From assembly GCF_009914755.1 (NCBI RefSeq), contig NC_060942.1: 64,000 nucleotides of DNA, one strand, 5' to 3'. A program made the translations under genes and the position numbers. Within the stretch, counting starts at the first letter, position 1. Each line of letters begins with the position of its first letter. Positions 1 through 13,479 of this stretch are shown in pieces. The notes beneath the pieces were generated by a model, which was not told the origin of the DNA, did no database searches, and saw only the letters and a list, made by a program, of their open reading frames with translations. Origin of the DNA: the human T2T-CHM13v2.0 reference genome, Homo sapiens.

Positions 1-106
1 ACACTTAAATGTTCAGCACAGTATTGATTCTGAATGTCAAGCCCTCTGCTTAGATGCTGTTTCTATGTGATGAGCAGATTACCACAGAATACTAATTGAA
101 CCATTT

Positions 107-108
<2 letters not shown>

Positions 109-138
<30 letters not shown>
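109..138. repeat. (AC)15 microsatellite
   Basis: Uninterrupted AC dinucleotide run. Confidence 0.97.
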
Positions 139-140
<2 letters not shown>

Positions 141-442
141 TTTTGTGTTCACAGTGCTGACAAACAGCAATTTTAGTGCACATTTAATCAGAGCCTCTTC
201 TCAACTTTAACGGAAGAGAAAAAAAGCAATCTTTTAAGTGTTGCTGAATAGTTTGTGGTTAGCCTGGAATGAAATATTTTTAAAAGATAAATTGCTTCCC
301 ACCAGCATATATATATTTCTATTTTTTCCTACTACAAAATAATTGATGAGAATATTTCATAAATATAATTTCAAAGAGTTAAAAGACTGTTTTTGGTAAG
401 TATCTACCAAAGACATTTCAGTTGATAAGTGTTAGTCTACAG

Positions 443-860
443 TGTTGTAAGAATAATTCTTAATATTCTGCAGCTGATGATTTGGCATCTTGGAAATCAT
501 AGGCCAAGTTAACAGACAAAGTAGTTTACATTCATACCATCTTGTATTTTCACAGGTGCAGAGAAACCGTATTAAAAATCTTCCAGCCACAAACCCCAAT
601 ACCTGTGTTTTGCTTCCTGCCCAACAGGAGATATTTCCACCTAACAACTTCCTGCCACTGTAGAATTAAAGGCTCTCATCCATGCCTTCCCCTCACTCTT
701 TTCTCCTGATAACCCTGGTGCTTGCCCATGTGGCCCCACAGGATGGTATGCCTTCTCTTTTTGGGTACTGCAAGTAATAAACTATTCTTTCAATGACGTT
801 GGCTTCTCTAAGTCATCACTCAGTCACCTACGAAGTAAATTCCAGGTACATTTAAAACAG
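443..860 (+). mobile_element. Possible old ERVL-type LTR fragment
   Basis: TG start, pyrimidine-rich R-like segment and AATAAA near 776. Family not identifiable by eye. Confidence 0.25.
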
Positions 861-2110
861 CTATTTAAAAAGTACAATTTTAAATGATTCAATTATAAGT
901 TATTTCACATTTTTGATATACCTATATATATAGATACATACACATACACATATCTACAATCATTTTAAGTAGATACTTCTAGAAGCTTAGTTTAGAATTA
1001 GCAAGAAAGTCCTTAACCCACCCTTACTTGAAATAATGCAAGCTCTTTACATCAAAGAATCAGAAATATTTTGATTAAAATTAGACTAACTTATTTTATG
1101 ATTTAAGGGATTAACAGTGAAGTTCTACAAGGTCTATAAATCATATGAGAAGTCTTCTTTAGTCCCACTCTCTTCTCATTCTGACATAATAATCAGGACC
1201 AGAAGGACCTACTAATGAGTTCTTTTTTGTCTTTCAGGCAAAATTGCCCCATGTTTTTCCTAAACATGGAATCACTAAAACGTCCTCAGGCTCTTGGGAA
1301 GGAAAACATTATGGCTTACTGTACAACGACAAAGATAGCCACTGGGAAACACACCCTACAACCAAAAAACACACCAGCAAAATTATTATCTCTGTTTAAG
1401 ATCTATTGCCATAAACTATGGTTTTTAAGTTCCTAGTTTCTGAAAGCTGAAACAACACTGAAATCTTTATTGGATTTGATATAAAAAAGACCAATGCAGA
1501 CATTTTATGAAAAAATAAATGCCTTGTTGTTATGGCTGGTGGAGCATCATCTAAAATAGTGACATGATGGGTTTCACCACTGTAGCATCAAATTCAACCC
1601 TCACATTTATAACACAAAACCACGAGCCGATACTGAGTGTTAAGGGTGTCCTTTCACGTTCCCTCATGAAGATGAGGATTAACTGTGGCTTGCCAAGCAT
1701 TTACAGGATAATCTTTTCTTTAACTTCAAAAGGGATGCTAAATGTGATAAAGCCAGATAGCATAGCACTCTTATTTGCAATGTTATCTACTTTGTGCATA
1801 CACACAGCTGATGCACTTACGCCATCAGGAGACTTTAATAGGTCACACTATCAGAAAAAAAGATGGAGTTTCAAAGGCTGTACTGGGGCCTGCTAAGTGT
1901 AATCCAATACAGTAGGTCTGATCCTCTCAAGTATATAAGACACTCCGGAAGTTGTCAGGCAGTCTGAAGAGCCCCCTGAGCTCCCTTGCTTCTGGTGCTA
2001 TCTGATTGTAAGGCCAACAAGACAATGGCATCCAATCAAGTATCACCAACAAGACACCAACAAGACTGTCAATAAAATAAGGCACTTCTTTCAGCTCCAA
2101 AGACTAAACA

Positions 2111-2433
<323 letters not shown>

Positions 2434-2738
2434 TTAGCTATTTGAAAAACAACTGCTTATTTGAATTAATTAATTTTGTTTCTTTTTTAAAAAAAATAAA
2501 TTTGTAAGTAATTCTAGCTATCAGGAAAAAATGTCATTTTGGATGTCATTAATACCTGAGTCATTGATTCCTAACTTAGAGAAAACAAAACCCTTTCCTC
2601 TCAGTTTCATCAATGTAGTGGGTACAATTCTAACTTCATAAATTCAGTTTGCAAGAAATATGACTTTTATTTTCTTAAATCATGTAATTACCAAACATGA
2701 GAGTTTGACTTGCTGAGGTTGATGAGAAATTTTGCTTC

Positions 2739-2755
2739 AGGTCATTTGAGGTTCA
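2739..2755 (+). promoter_or_regulatory. Consensus DR5 nuclear-receptor element (RARE-type)
   Basis: AGGTCA-tttga-GGTTCA matches RGKTCA(n5)RGKTCA exactly. A third half-site, GGGTCA, lies at 2775-2780. Function untested. Confidence 0.35.
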
Positions 2756-5094
2756 TGCCCCACAGCCTTGTCAAGGGTCATGCCAAGGTTCCATGTTTGT
2801 TCCAGAGAGACACCTCTGGTCATAGGCCTTTATGTCCATGCTTGGAATCGTAGTGATGGCTGTTGGCTTAGATCCTTAAATCTTGGATTACCACTCTTTT
2901 GGTGTCTTAAAATAGATGTGGACATTTTTTGTGGTGTGGGGTCTGAGATGTGCACGTCAGAGACTTCAAAGTCCTCCCCCATTCCCCAGGACACTGCCAG
3001 AGAATAGGGAGAAGGCACCTGTTTCACCAAGAACCCAGGCTCCTTTATCTTCAGTTCTGCTCAGAAGTTACGCTTTCCTCCTCAGGTCCAATTTTATTAA
3101 TCACCAAGTCAAATTGCACTCAAGGCCAAAGAAGTAAATGGCTGAGTGAAGTGGGTAGGCAGAGACCATCCATAATTCTTATGAAAGGAACATTGTCTTA
3201 GCCAGTGCGGGGTGAGCCAGTCCCCTCATGAGAGGGATGTGGGCCCAGTGTTGCCTGAGTGCTGATGTCTGTAAGAGATTTCAGAAGCAGATTGTTGTGT
3301 GAAATTTACCAATCCTTAATACTGACAAGTTTCATTTTAAAATAAATTAATTGATTGGCATTTAAGACTGTCTGCAAACTGTCCAGGTCTAAAGTGACCT
3401 CTGCCCAGGATACTTAGGTTTATCTTTTCAATTAAGTGGAGTTTTTTATTGTTTGTTTGTTTTGGAAATGAAAGACAGAGGAAAGTATCTTCCCAACAGA
3501 TTCTGCCTTCTACTCAATGACAAATCCCCTCCACTGCAAATTCATTCCTGTCCCTCAGGACAACATGCCAGGGCTTGAAACTGTTGTATGGAGGAATAGA
3601 TAAGGGGGAAATATGAGAAAAAAAACTCTGAAAGCAGAAATGTATCTGCCACATTCTCGATGATAGAGCACCACCCCCCTCGGATTCAGAAATGCAGCTT
3701 TGGAGTAACATTTTATTTCTTTATTTTTATCTGGAGTTGTATTTTACTTCCCAGCTAAGCTTCTGCTGGTTCTCTCTTAGGTCTCCCTTTTCTTACTTTT
3801 TGCCATTCTTACCTGCCCTGTACTCCCCTGGCCTCATACTGCACCAATTCCTTACTGAATTGAAGTATTGGAATTGAAACTGCTCAGAAAGAGAGGTTTG
3901 GGTCTACAATCTGAGTGTGAGTTCATGATGGTTGCCTTGAGGGCTTGGACATTTTATCTTTTTCCTCATGGCGGTCCCAGTGCAGGTCCTTTTTTGTTGA
4001 ATGAATAGATTTTGCCACTGTTCAGGGCAACATGATTGGAGTGTCAGGATGAGCCCAAGGAGGTTCATGATTTCATGCAGGCTTTTGGACACATCTTTGC
4101 AAAGTCCAACTCCTTCAGTTCGTATAAATCCAATACCATTTTAAGTGCTTTACATGTACTTTTCCTGAAATCCAGCTGTCTCCCTATATGACTGTCTCCC
4201 TATAGCAGCTGGACTCTAATTGCTGCATGTAAACAAACATCATCTGGAACAGAGCCACCTTATAACACTGGATGCTATTCATTTTCAAGACTACCAAGGT
4301 CATTTATTACTAATGGCAGGAGTGTGTAGCTGGCTGGAGTTAGCAGAGTCATGTTTCTGTGCAAGCTACATTTCAAACTGGCTGCAAACATCTGGGAAAA
4401 TGAACAGTCTAAACTTATGGCTCTCAAACCTCTATCTGATTTCCATGACCTTGTCTTTGCATGAAGTCTTCACATGTCACAGTATCATCCATTTGTTGTC
4501 TACATAGCCAATTAACATGCAGCTGTGTATGAGTATCATACGCTGCTATTTACATTCTTATATGTCTGTATCACACATCTTTAGGGTATAAGTGGGGTCC
4601 CTTTGGGAAGCTTGAAGTATTAAAAGACATAAGCACAGAAATTTGACATTGTTGAATGTGTAGAAATTAATAATCACTGAAGCATAGGAAGGGTCATCCC
4701 ATTCTAACCCTTGAGTTGACAATGAGGGAGGGGCAGAGCGTCAGTGGAACCCAAAGAGGAAAATGATCTGTTTATTGGGCCCCTGACTGTCTTCCTTTGC
4801 AGAAGTTGGGGATAACTGGCCCAAATTCACACACTCAGCTCTACATACACATACACAGTAATATGATTCATTTTTCAGATTAGAATAAATTTAAGGAAAA
4901 TTATGACACAGAATTCAGTATTCTGGTGGCTCAGTCATGACCTGGACCCACTCTAATCTCATATCTAAATTTTTAGTATTTACAGTTTTATTTTCTATGC
5001 TTCTTAGACCAAAACCTCTTAGTTTATATGCTACAGCTCATAACAAGTTACTGATTGATTTCCCTTTGTAGCTCTAGATGATATTTTCTGGGGA

Positions 5095-5300
5095 TTTGTA
5101 CCGTGTACCAGATACCATTTTAAGTACTTTACATGTACTTCCTTCCTTATCCTCCAAAAACCCTGTGAGTTATGTAGGTTGCCTCCATTTTATATTTGAA
5201 AATCTTGAGGCAGAAATAGGTTGTGTTTTTCCCAAGGTCTCACAGCCAGTGAGACCCAAGATTCAAAGCCAGCAGCCTAACTTCAGATCCCATTCTTATA
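5095..5300 (-). mobile_element. MIR SINE
   Basis: MIR core in reverse: ccattttatatttgaaaatcttgaggcaga ... cccaaggtctcacagccagtgag ... gattcaaagcc. Confidence 0.75.
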
Positions 5301-5637
5301 AACACCCGATTTATGTCTCTGACTTGATTTATGGAAATAATACTAGTTGTTGCATCAGCAGGCATAATTGGACACTATCTAGTTCCCATTGCTGGAGTCA
5401 GGGTACAGATGGCTAGGAGGTCAATCATGAAGGACTTGGCCAAGGGAGGTTCCAATGCTGGTCCTCAGTTAAAGGGAATGTTTTTCTAGTGAGATGAAAA
5501 CAAAGCAAGATCTGACTGTTGATATGGACCACAGTCCAAGACAGAGGATAGCAGTTGGTATTAGAGGAAATGCTCCTTGTATTAGATCTGATGAGTTACT
5601 GCAATCAATAAGCACAATTTTAGAAAAGGGATTTGAT

Positions 5638-5730
5638 CCAGCACTTTGGGAGACGAAGGCAAGTGGATTGCTTGAGGCCAGGAATTTAAGACCAGGCTAG
5701 GCAGCATAGCAAGAGCCTGTCTCTATTAAA
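5638..5730 (+). mobile_element. Alu left monomer (FLAM-like)
   Basis: ccagcactttgggaga...ggattgcttgaggccagga...ctgtctcta, with no right arm. Confidence 0.85.
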
Positions 5731-5768
5731 AAGGAAAGAAAGAAAGAAAAGAAAGAAAGAAAGAAGAA

Positions 5769-5816
<48 letters not shown>

Positions 5817-5858
5817 AGGAAAGAAAGGGAAAAGAAAGAAAGAAAGACAAAGAAAGAG
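5731..5858. repeat. (GAAA)n microsatellite derived from the Alu tail
   Basis: About 125 bp of almost pure purine GAAA array. Confidence 0.95.
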
Positions 5859-6309
5859 GATTTGAATTAATGACAAAGAGAAGTAATGAAAACAGCATTA
5901 AGAGGGTGGCTGGAAGGTGACTCACAACGGTGAGGTAGACTGACCGCAGGGAAACACAGCAGGTAAGTAGACAGACATAGCATGATTAACAAATAATTTT
6001 GCAGGTAAGAAGCAAGGCCTTTACAAACTGCTGGTCCAGAGCTAACTCCAAGCCTTTTTGGCCATGAGGAGAGGAGCAGAAACAAAGTAGGGAGGGCTAA
6101 GAGACCATAAAAATATTTGGTCAGACAAAAGCCAGACTTAGAATCTTCCTGCATCTGCTTTTTCTCTAGAGTACATTTCTCCTGGCTCTTTCCCATCCTC
6201 TAGAGAGGCTTCATCTGATGCCCAATCCATGGTAGTTATCTCTATTTCTCTTTTTCTTGGCAACACTACTTCTTTTTCCTTGTCTAAGGTTCACGAAATA
6301 TATACTGTA

Positions 6310-6456
6310 TACTTATTTATGCCCATTTATTTGTTAATTGGTTGTCTCCCTGACTCAAATACAAACTGTATGAAGTTAGCAATTATTTCTGATTTTTTCA
6401 AATTGCATACACAAGGACTGTTCATAAGTAAGCATTGAATAAATGAATGAATGAAC
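6310..6456 (+). mobile_element. L2 3' end fragment
   Basis: tgtctccctgac... ending in the L2-type (TGAA)n tail. Confidence 0.6.
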
Positions 6457-9400
6457 AGGGCTCAGGTACAGGGATAAAAGAGATGAGCCATGTAATGTAC
6501 CCAGCCTAGAGCTGGGGAGGAGACTTTGGAGGGAAGAAATGATCGCTTACGTTCAATGACCACATGACTATTATTTAGCACTGATGAGCTATCTAAGATC
6601 CCTAGTACTAAATGTTATAAGCATATAATGAAGACAGAAGACAGATATGTCTGCAATGGCCCTTTCACAATGTCATCACTGGGAGGAGCTTCATCCTTTA
6701 TATAAATTATTTGGAAGTTCTGCTTACTAGTGTGCTAATATAGAATATTCACCAGAATGGACGTATATTGAACTAGTATTTTCAGTAAACCATCCCTGAA
6801 AGTACAGAATAAAAAGTTTAATGGAGTAACTTATTCCACTTAAGTGTATATGACATGAAGTGTAAGAGTATTACATTCTTTCTGTCTGTTCCTCCAACCT
6901 AGCATACACACTAAAGCCTCTCCTTCTCCTCTCCTCTCTTCCCCAGAGGCTCTGATCTTTTTCATTAAAGAAAAATCACTCTCACAGGGTTCTGCTGAGG
7001 GTGTGTGATTACAGATGTTGCCAAGGAGCACTCCGGGAACCTCTAATGGGGAGGACACAAGACAAAGCAAATGGACAGTCATTTTTCCAAGAGATGGGCC
7101 CCCTGCCATGAGGAAGTTCTTCAGGCTGCGTCTCCTTTTTGTGTTTTTATTTGATCTTTAATAAAGAATATTAAGACTGAGCTGACTGCCTGCTATGACG
7201 CTCTAAACACAGACTTACATTTGAGAGGCTGAAGGGAGGAAATGGCAGCCCCGTGGAAAGCAGGGAGCTAAGAAAACAGTATGCAATGAACTTCTCACCT
7301 CTGCTCCCTGTCTTGAGGCACAGTGAAAACAGGACACCTCCTATTAAAGGGTTGTCTGCTATATGGGGTCTTGTTAGAGGTCTGGGACTACAATTGGCAG
7401 GCCTGTGCTGATCTTATTTATCTATTATTGGTGCTTGCTTTCACCTTCTTCCTTCTCAGAAAGTTTCTGCTTTTGCCAATCCTAAATCTCAACCTCTTTT
7501 TATTAAACAAGGGCCAGAGCTAAAAATAAAGGTTGTGTCAACAGATATAAGCAGCACAAGGCTTTATAGTTATCCTGCCACTTCTTAACCTAGCATTTGC
7601 GAGGATTGCTTATCTACTTTCAGATTCGAATGAGACAATCGTGCGATGACTTTTGAACTTTATTCGTACTTCCGTTCTTGTTTGTAGAACTACATCTAAG
7701 AGGTAAGAAGGATGGTGATCAAAGTGTTTAATAATCGTGGAGACGCAGTCATGTCTCCTGACCTTAATTCCAGCTCCATTCCCCCTTAAAAAGAACTGTC
7801 TGGTTCAATAATTAGTGGCCAAATTTTGGAAGACATTTTCCCAGGGAAGGAGCTTGCCTCTTAAGCCCTTGCCCGGACTTCCCCAAGTCTCTTCTAGTAT
7901 ACATGTCATTTGATAACTTATTCTTGAAATTTCATTAGTGAAAACCTCCTTACATTGTTCTGGTGGACATTTTATCCACCAAAAGCTGCCCTTAGATATC
8001 CACACCTTAGTGCAAATGAATTCCTAATGCTTTGCAAAAAGCAGATCTTAGAGGGAACAGAAAGGAGAGGGTCTGTAGACACTGACCACCATAGAAAGTT
8101 GAAGAAGACAACAGCCCATGGAAAAAAACAAAAAGATATGAGAGGGATAGAGACCTGAGAGGCTGTCACTGCCAATTAGGATGCTGACTTAATTTGCACT
8201 TTACCAAAGATCCTCTCTTCCTTTATTCTAAAATTCAAATTGGGCAATAAGCCCCAGAACCTTCTGTTGGGTGCTGCTGGTCAAAAAATATATACAGATA
8301 TTATCTCGTGGCTGATGCAGCCTAGCCTGGAGCCAAAGCAAGAAGGAGACAGTGAAGGGCACAGCAGGAGCTCCATTATAGGATGATATATAGTATGACA
8401 TTTAGATTTTGTTTTTAAATAGATTTACAATGCTCCATGTATTTTTTTTTTTCTCACTTGCACACTTTTTTTTTTTCCAAATATGCTTACACATTCTCCT
8501 CCAGGCTGGGTCTTTCTAATGTTAAGGTGAGTGCACAAATACTAGATTTTTAAATTTTATTTATTTATTTTTTTTACAGTTCATGATGAATGGAGTTCAG
8601 GAGCAGATGCCAGAGAAAAAATGACCAGATAATCAGGTTTTGAATTGGTGCAGTCTCCCTGCAACACTGCTCAGCCTGCCTCCTGTTTCACATTTCAGTG
8701 TCTGTAACAGCCCCCACCTGTTTCCCAGTGCCAGGCCTTCCTTCTCAAGATAGCTGAGCCTGGAAGATTGTACCCACTAGAAGGATAAGGAAGTTCATTC
8801 CTTAGCCAGGCATTGGTGCAAACGCCTGCTGTAAAATAACACTGGGAAAATGACTGTCAAGTCATGGATCAGTTTTGTAAAAAAAATGATTTAATAAGTG
8901 AAGAAAAAATGCAATTTTCTGATGGAAATATTTGGGAGAGAACAATAGATACAGAGCCAACTTTCCTAGGTTGGCTACTAATTAGAGACCTGGTCCTGGG
9001 GTAGTTGCTTATTGTGGGAGATGATTAGGCTTATGTGTTCTCATGAAGGAGTAGATGAAGACAAATATGCTCTAATGTCTCCTTCTCTTTTGTGTGTGTG
9101 ATTTTGTGAGCTTTCATGGCAGAATAACATTCATTTCTGTTGGTTCTACCAACATCCCAGAACTTGGCATCCATTCTCCCTCATCTTCCTACATGTCTGT
9201 GGTGGGATAAATTCTCTGCAACCCACTAGCTGGTGCAGTTAGAAGTCACTGCCGTTAAGGAAATACTATGAAAAGAAAAGCTATTAACAACTTAAAGAAC
9301 TACCTCTCATTAAGATATTTGGATGGTATTATGATTCTTAAGAATGGTTCTGAGGAATGACTTTTGAGACACTGATAAATGGTGGAGTAGTTATTTCTGA

Positions 9401-10537
9401 TCGGTTACCATTTCCTATTAAATCACAGATGCTCTGCTTCCTGCAAAAGCCAGTCTTACTTAAGTGACTCAACTAAATTTAGCCCATTTCTCCATTTAGA
9501 CTAGTCTTCATTTCTTCATTTGTTCTTTTGAATACTTTTATTGATTACTGAGGCTCGGTGTTCCTGGACATGTGTTTGATACCTAGCAGGAAAGATACAA
9601 TCCCTGTCCTTAAGCAAATTGCAGGTTTCCAACAGCAGCCTCCTCTGAAATTGAAGGAGAGATGTATTGTTTTCCTGTTTGGCCCAGATACTCCTCTGAA
9701 TTATCAGGAAAAAAATGATGGAGGATGGAGACAGTATTTTTCTGAGGGAAAAGAAAACAGAAAGAGGATCTAAATCAATAAAACATTTTTAATCAAAGGA
9801 GGAGATTTACTCATGGCTCACCCTGTCTCTTAACTTGTGAATTAACAAGGGTGGCATTGATCAAAGATCTAACTGGGACATTGTCCTTGGCTCTTTGCAA
9901 AACAGCCTGATCAAGTACTAATTTGTGTGGTATTACCTGAGTTCACAGAAAAGAGAAATCCAAATTAGCCATGGTTGCCTGGGGAAGTTTCTTGGTGAAG
10001 TGGGACTTGAAGTGGACAGACCAACACTAGGCAAAAAGGAAGTCATTCCAAGAGGACTAGTGGCATTCGTGAATGCAGGATTAAATGTTGCACATAGATG
10101 AGATGAATAGTATGGCTAATGCTCTTTGTGTCTTGGGAGCAGAAAACTCAAATCTCTGCAGAAATTAGGAATGTCATATAAATGATTTAAAAGAAGAGGG
10201 TGAGAAATAGAGGCTGATTTAGCCTTAGCAGAATTTCGGTCCAGCATAGAGAGAGTTCTATTGGTTAAGAGAATTCAGAAAGCTGCCTTTGTCTTTGTTC
10301 ATGTGTAATTTTAACTGTTGACAGTTTAGTTTTGTTTTTAAATCCATGTGGTGCAAATGTAATGCATCTGTTGGGTAGATCTTTTCTAAACACTACCAGC
10401 TTGCAACCTCTTTATGAAAGGATTAAGATTGGATTGGTGGACTTAGCAGTCTTCTCAAGAGATCTTTCAAGAGTAGGAGGCAACATTGTGCTCATAGTTA
10501 ACGAAACTTGACCACACACTTAAAAATGTAAGTGGAT

Positions 10538-10830
10538 AGTAAGTGAAATAACTCAGGAACAGGAAGTCAAATACCTCATGTTCTCACTTTTAACTGGGAG
10601 CTAAACAATGTGTACACATGGACATACAACATGGAATAATAGATATTGGACACTCTAAAAGATGGGAGGGTGGGTGGAGGTGACGAATGAGAAGTTAACT
10701 ATTGGGCACACGTACACTATCTGGGTGATGAGTACACTAAAAGCTCAGACTTCACCACTGTGCAATATATCCATGTAACAAAACTGTACTTGCACTCCCT
10801 AAATATATCAAAATTAAAAAAAAATAGAAA
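10538..10830 (+). mobile_element. L1MA-type 3' UTR fragment
   Basis: catgttctcactt...gggagctaaacaatgtgtacacatggac...gacttcaccactgtgcaatatatccatgtaacaaaactg followed by an A tail. Confidence 0.88.
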
Positions 10831-12683
10831 AATAGCATTTAGAATTAAAAAATTAAGAGCATAGGTCTCATGTTATCTGTGCTTACCACAATTCAAAAAA
10901 GAAAAAGTATGAGATCAATTAGCACGATGTTACTGGAATCTGCTTATACAATGATAAAACAGAACAGAAATGAAAACCCCAAGGAAAAAAAAGTGTTCTA
11001 TTGAGAATGCATCTTATATGTACTGTGTGTGCTATTTCTGTAAATCACAGTGATTAGCTTTGAGGTAGAAAACAAAGACCGTAAGAAGCCTATTTGGATA
11101 TGTTAAAGACTTTTTCTCTCTTTACTTTTCCAAACAGGATCAAGTAATTTTATGGTATCAATAACTCTTCTTTATTCATTTCTGAACAGTGACCTCCTGG
11201 GAAAGATAACATTTATTTGGGTAAAGTTGTAAAATGCATAATTTGTATCTGAAAACCAAAACTTGACAGCAAGTTGTTTGTATCTTTTTTTTAAATCAAA
11301 CATTTCTGAACTAAAAAAAATAACATTTCTCATTTTTATAGCTAGAAACCGTATCGCATAATGAGGATAGTGCTTTTCCATTGTGAAAAATGATGCCAAG
11401 AATGACTAGAAAAGATAAATTCTCCACACACACTCACAAAATGTTAAAACTTTCATGTCATGTATATCTATTCTTCTAAGATGGCCTTAAGCTACAAGGA
11501 AATATATGTTTTCCCACAGAGGATAGGGTCCAGACTACTTGAGTTAAATATCAGGTTTTGTTTTCTACAAGGTCCTGCAGTTATGAGTATTCACCATAAT
11601 GCCATGAAATCACACCATAAATCTATGTAACCACTTCCTTTTACATTCATTATGTGGGAGCAGAAGCAACTCTCAGAATCAGAAGCAGCATCTATATGGT
11701 CTGTTAGGAAGGAAAGGCTTGCCATACTATTTTTTTAAATAAACTTAGTATAAACTTATAAACACATTATACTGAAATGGGAATGTATTAATCCAATTAT
11801 AGCAGACATAATCTGAAAATATTTCTTAGCTGATAAAGACACATTTAACTGATAGTTGATGTATCTGTATATTCATACAGTATAATTATTGAAGGAGAAA
11901 TTTCAATGATATAAGAAAAATTCTGATGCATTCATGTTGTCAGTCAAAAATTTAAGTTTGAGATACAGTGGGATACATAATCAAAAGTGTAGGATACAAT
12001 TGCTTCCCTCAGGACCAGCTTCCAAGCAAAATCATGTTTAAGCAAAGTTCCCCTTGACCACCCATGTTTGCATTCAGACTCCTTTTTCTGTGTTTTGGGG
12101 GCCAGTCTCTGACTCATGCCTCTGTTCTCAGATCCCCTTCAGGAGACCACCTGCCTCAGGATCTCTCACCCATCTTCCCTGTTCCTATGGCTCTTCAAAT
12201 GGGCTTTTAGATTGTTAATTAACAATCTAAAGCTGTTGTAAATTAATTCTATTTAATTCACTGGTGAAACTTTGTGCACTTCAATAGGCAATTTCTTACC
12301 CAGTTGAGAATATTCTTTCAGAAAAAGAAAATATTCAGACACTAAAATAGATATCTTAAAGATGCCAGAGTTAACCCTATTTTAAGTGTTAATTACATTT
12401 ATCAAATGTTGTATATACCATTGTTTTATTAAGGGATTGGAAAACTAATGCTCTTAAATTGAAATTATGCTTACCATGTCATATACAATCAATATAGTTA
12501 GGACAGACAATAAAATCTCTTTTAAAAGCACATATATAGAAGACTGAGTTGCTTTGTGTAGCAATGAAGCAGGATGCTTATCCCAACATTTTTAATCTTT
12601 ATTGTCTCAAAGACAATTTGTACTTGTGCATTACATGTGTGCAAATGTGGGTGTGTGGGACTATATCTTTAACTTTTTAATGT

Positions 12684-12943
<260 letters not shown>

Positions 12944-13479
12944 ATTACTTTTTAACCATACCCCATTCTTTTCTGTTTCTTTTATTTGCAGAAAAAAAAA
13001 TTCCATATTTCTTATGCTAATAAACAAAACAGTATTTATCCAATTCCAAAACAAATACTATATAAAATGACAATAATTAAAACTATCCACACATACATTT
13101 ATTACTAAAAAACACAGAAACAAAACATATTCTTGTCAAAATTTAGATTTGTAAAAATTTGATTAAGAGAAATTAGGTATAATGAAAATGACAAATGCAA
13201 AAGTAACAACATAGGAAAAAATATCTGTAAATTATGGTGTTATTTTAAAATTTAATCGTACTTATTCCAAATTGACATGAGTTTTTAAAAATTAAAATTA
13301 AAAAAAAGATTGAAAATGGTTTGCTCTGTGGAAAATTCATCATAGAATTCAATTGAGTTCATGGAATTCAATCTGGAAAAAAGAACCTGTAATCAATATT
13401 AGCATAATTCACATGAAAATGTTTTTACAATGCCCTCAGGATCAATATGAGCCTCAGCAGAGTGGATCACAATATCCTC

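Noticed and set aside
1564-1896. 110-aa ATG ORF in unique DNA
   Set aside because: No recognisable domain, codon pattern or exon boundaries. The length is within chance expectation for 64 kb.
2720-3030. Faint resemblance of the minus-strand translation to an ERVL integrase
   Set aside because: The similarity disappeared on careful translation, and no D,D(35)E motifs are found upstream.
5686-5925. Hydrophobic F/L/S-rich 'membrane protein' ORF
   Set aside because: Translation of the (TTTC)n microsatellite.
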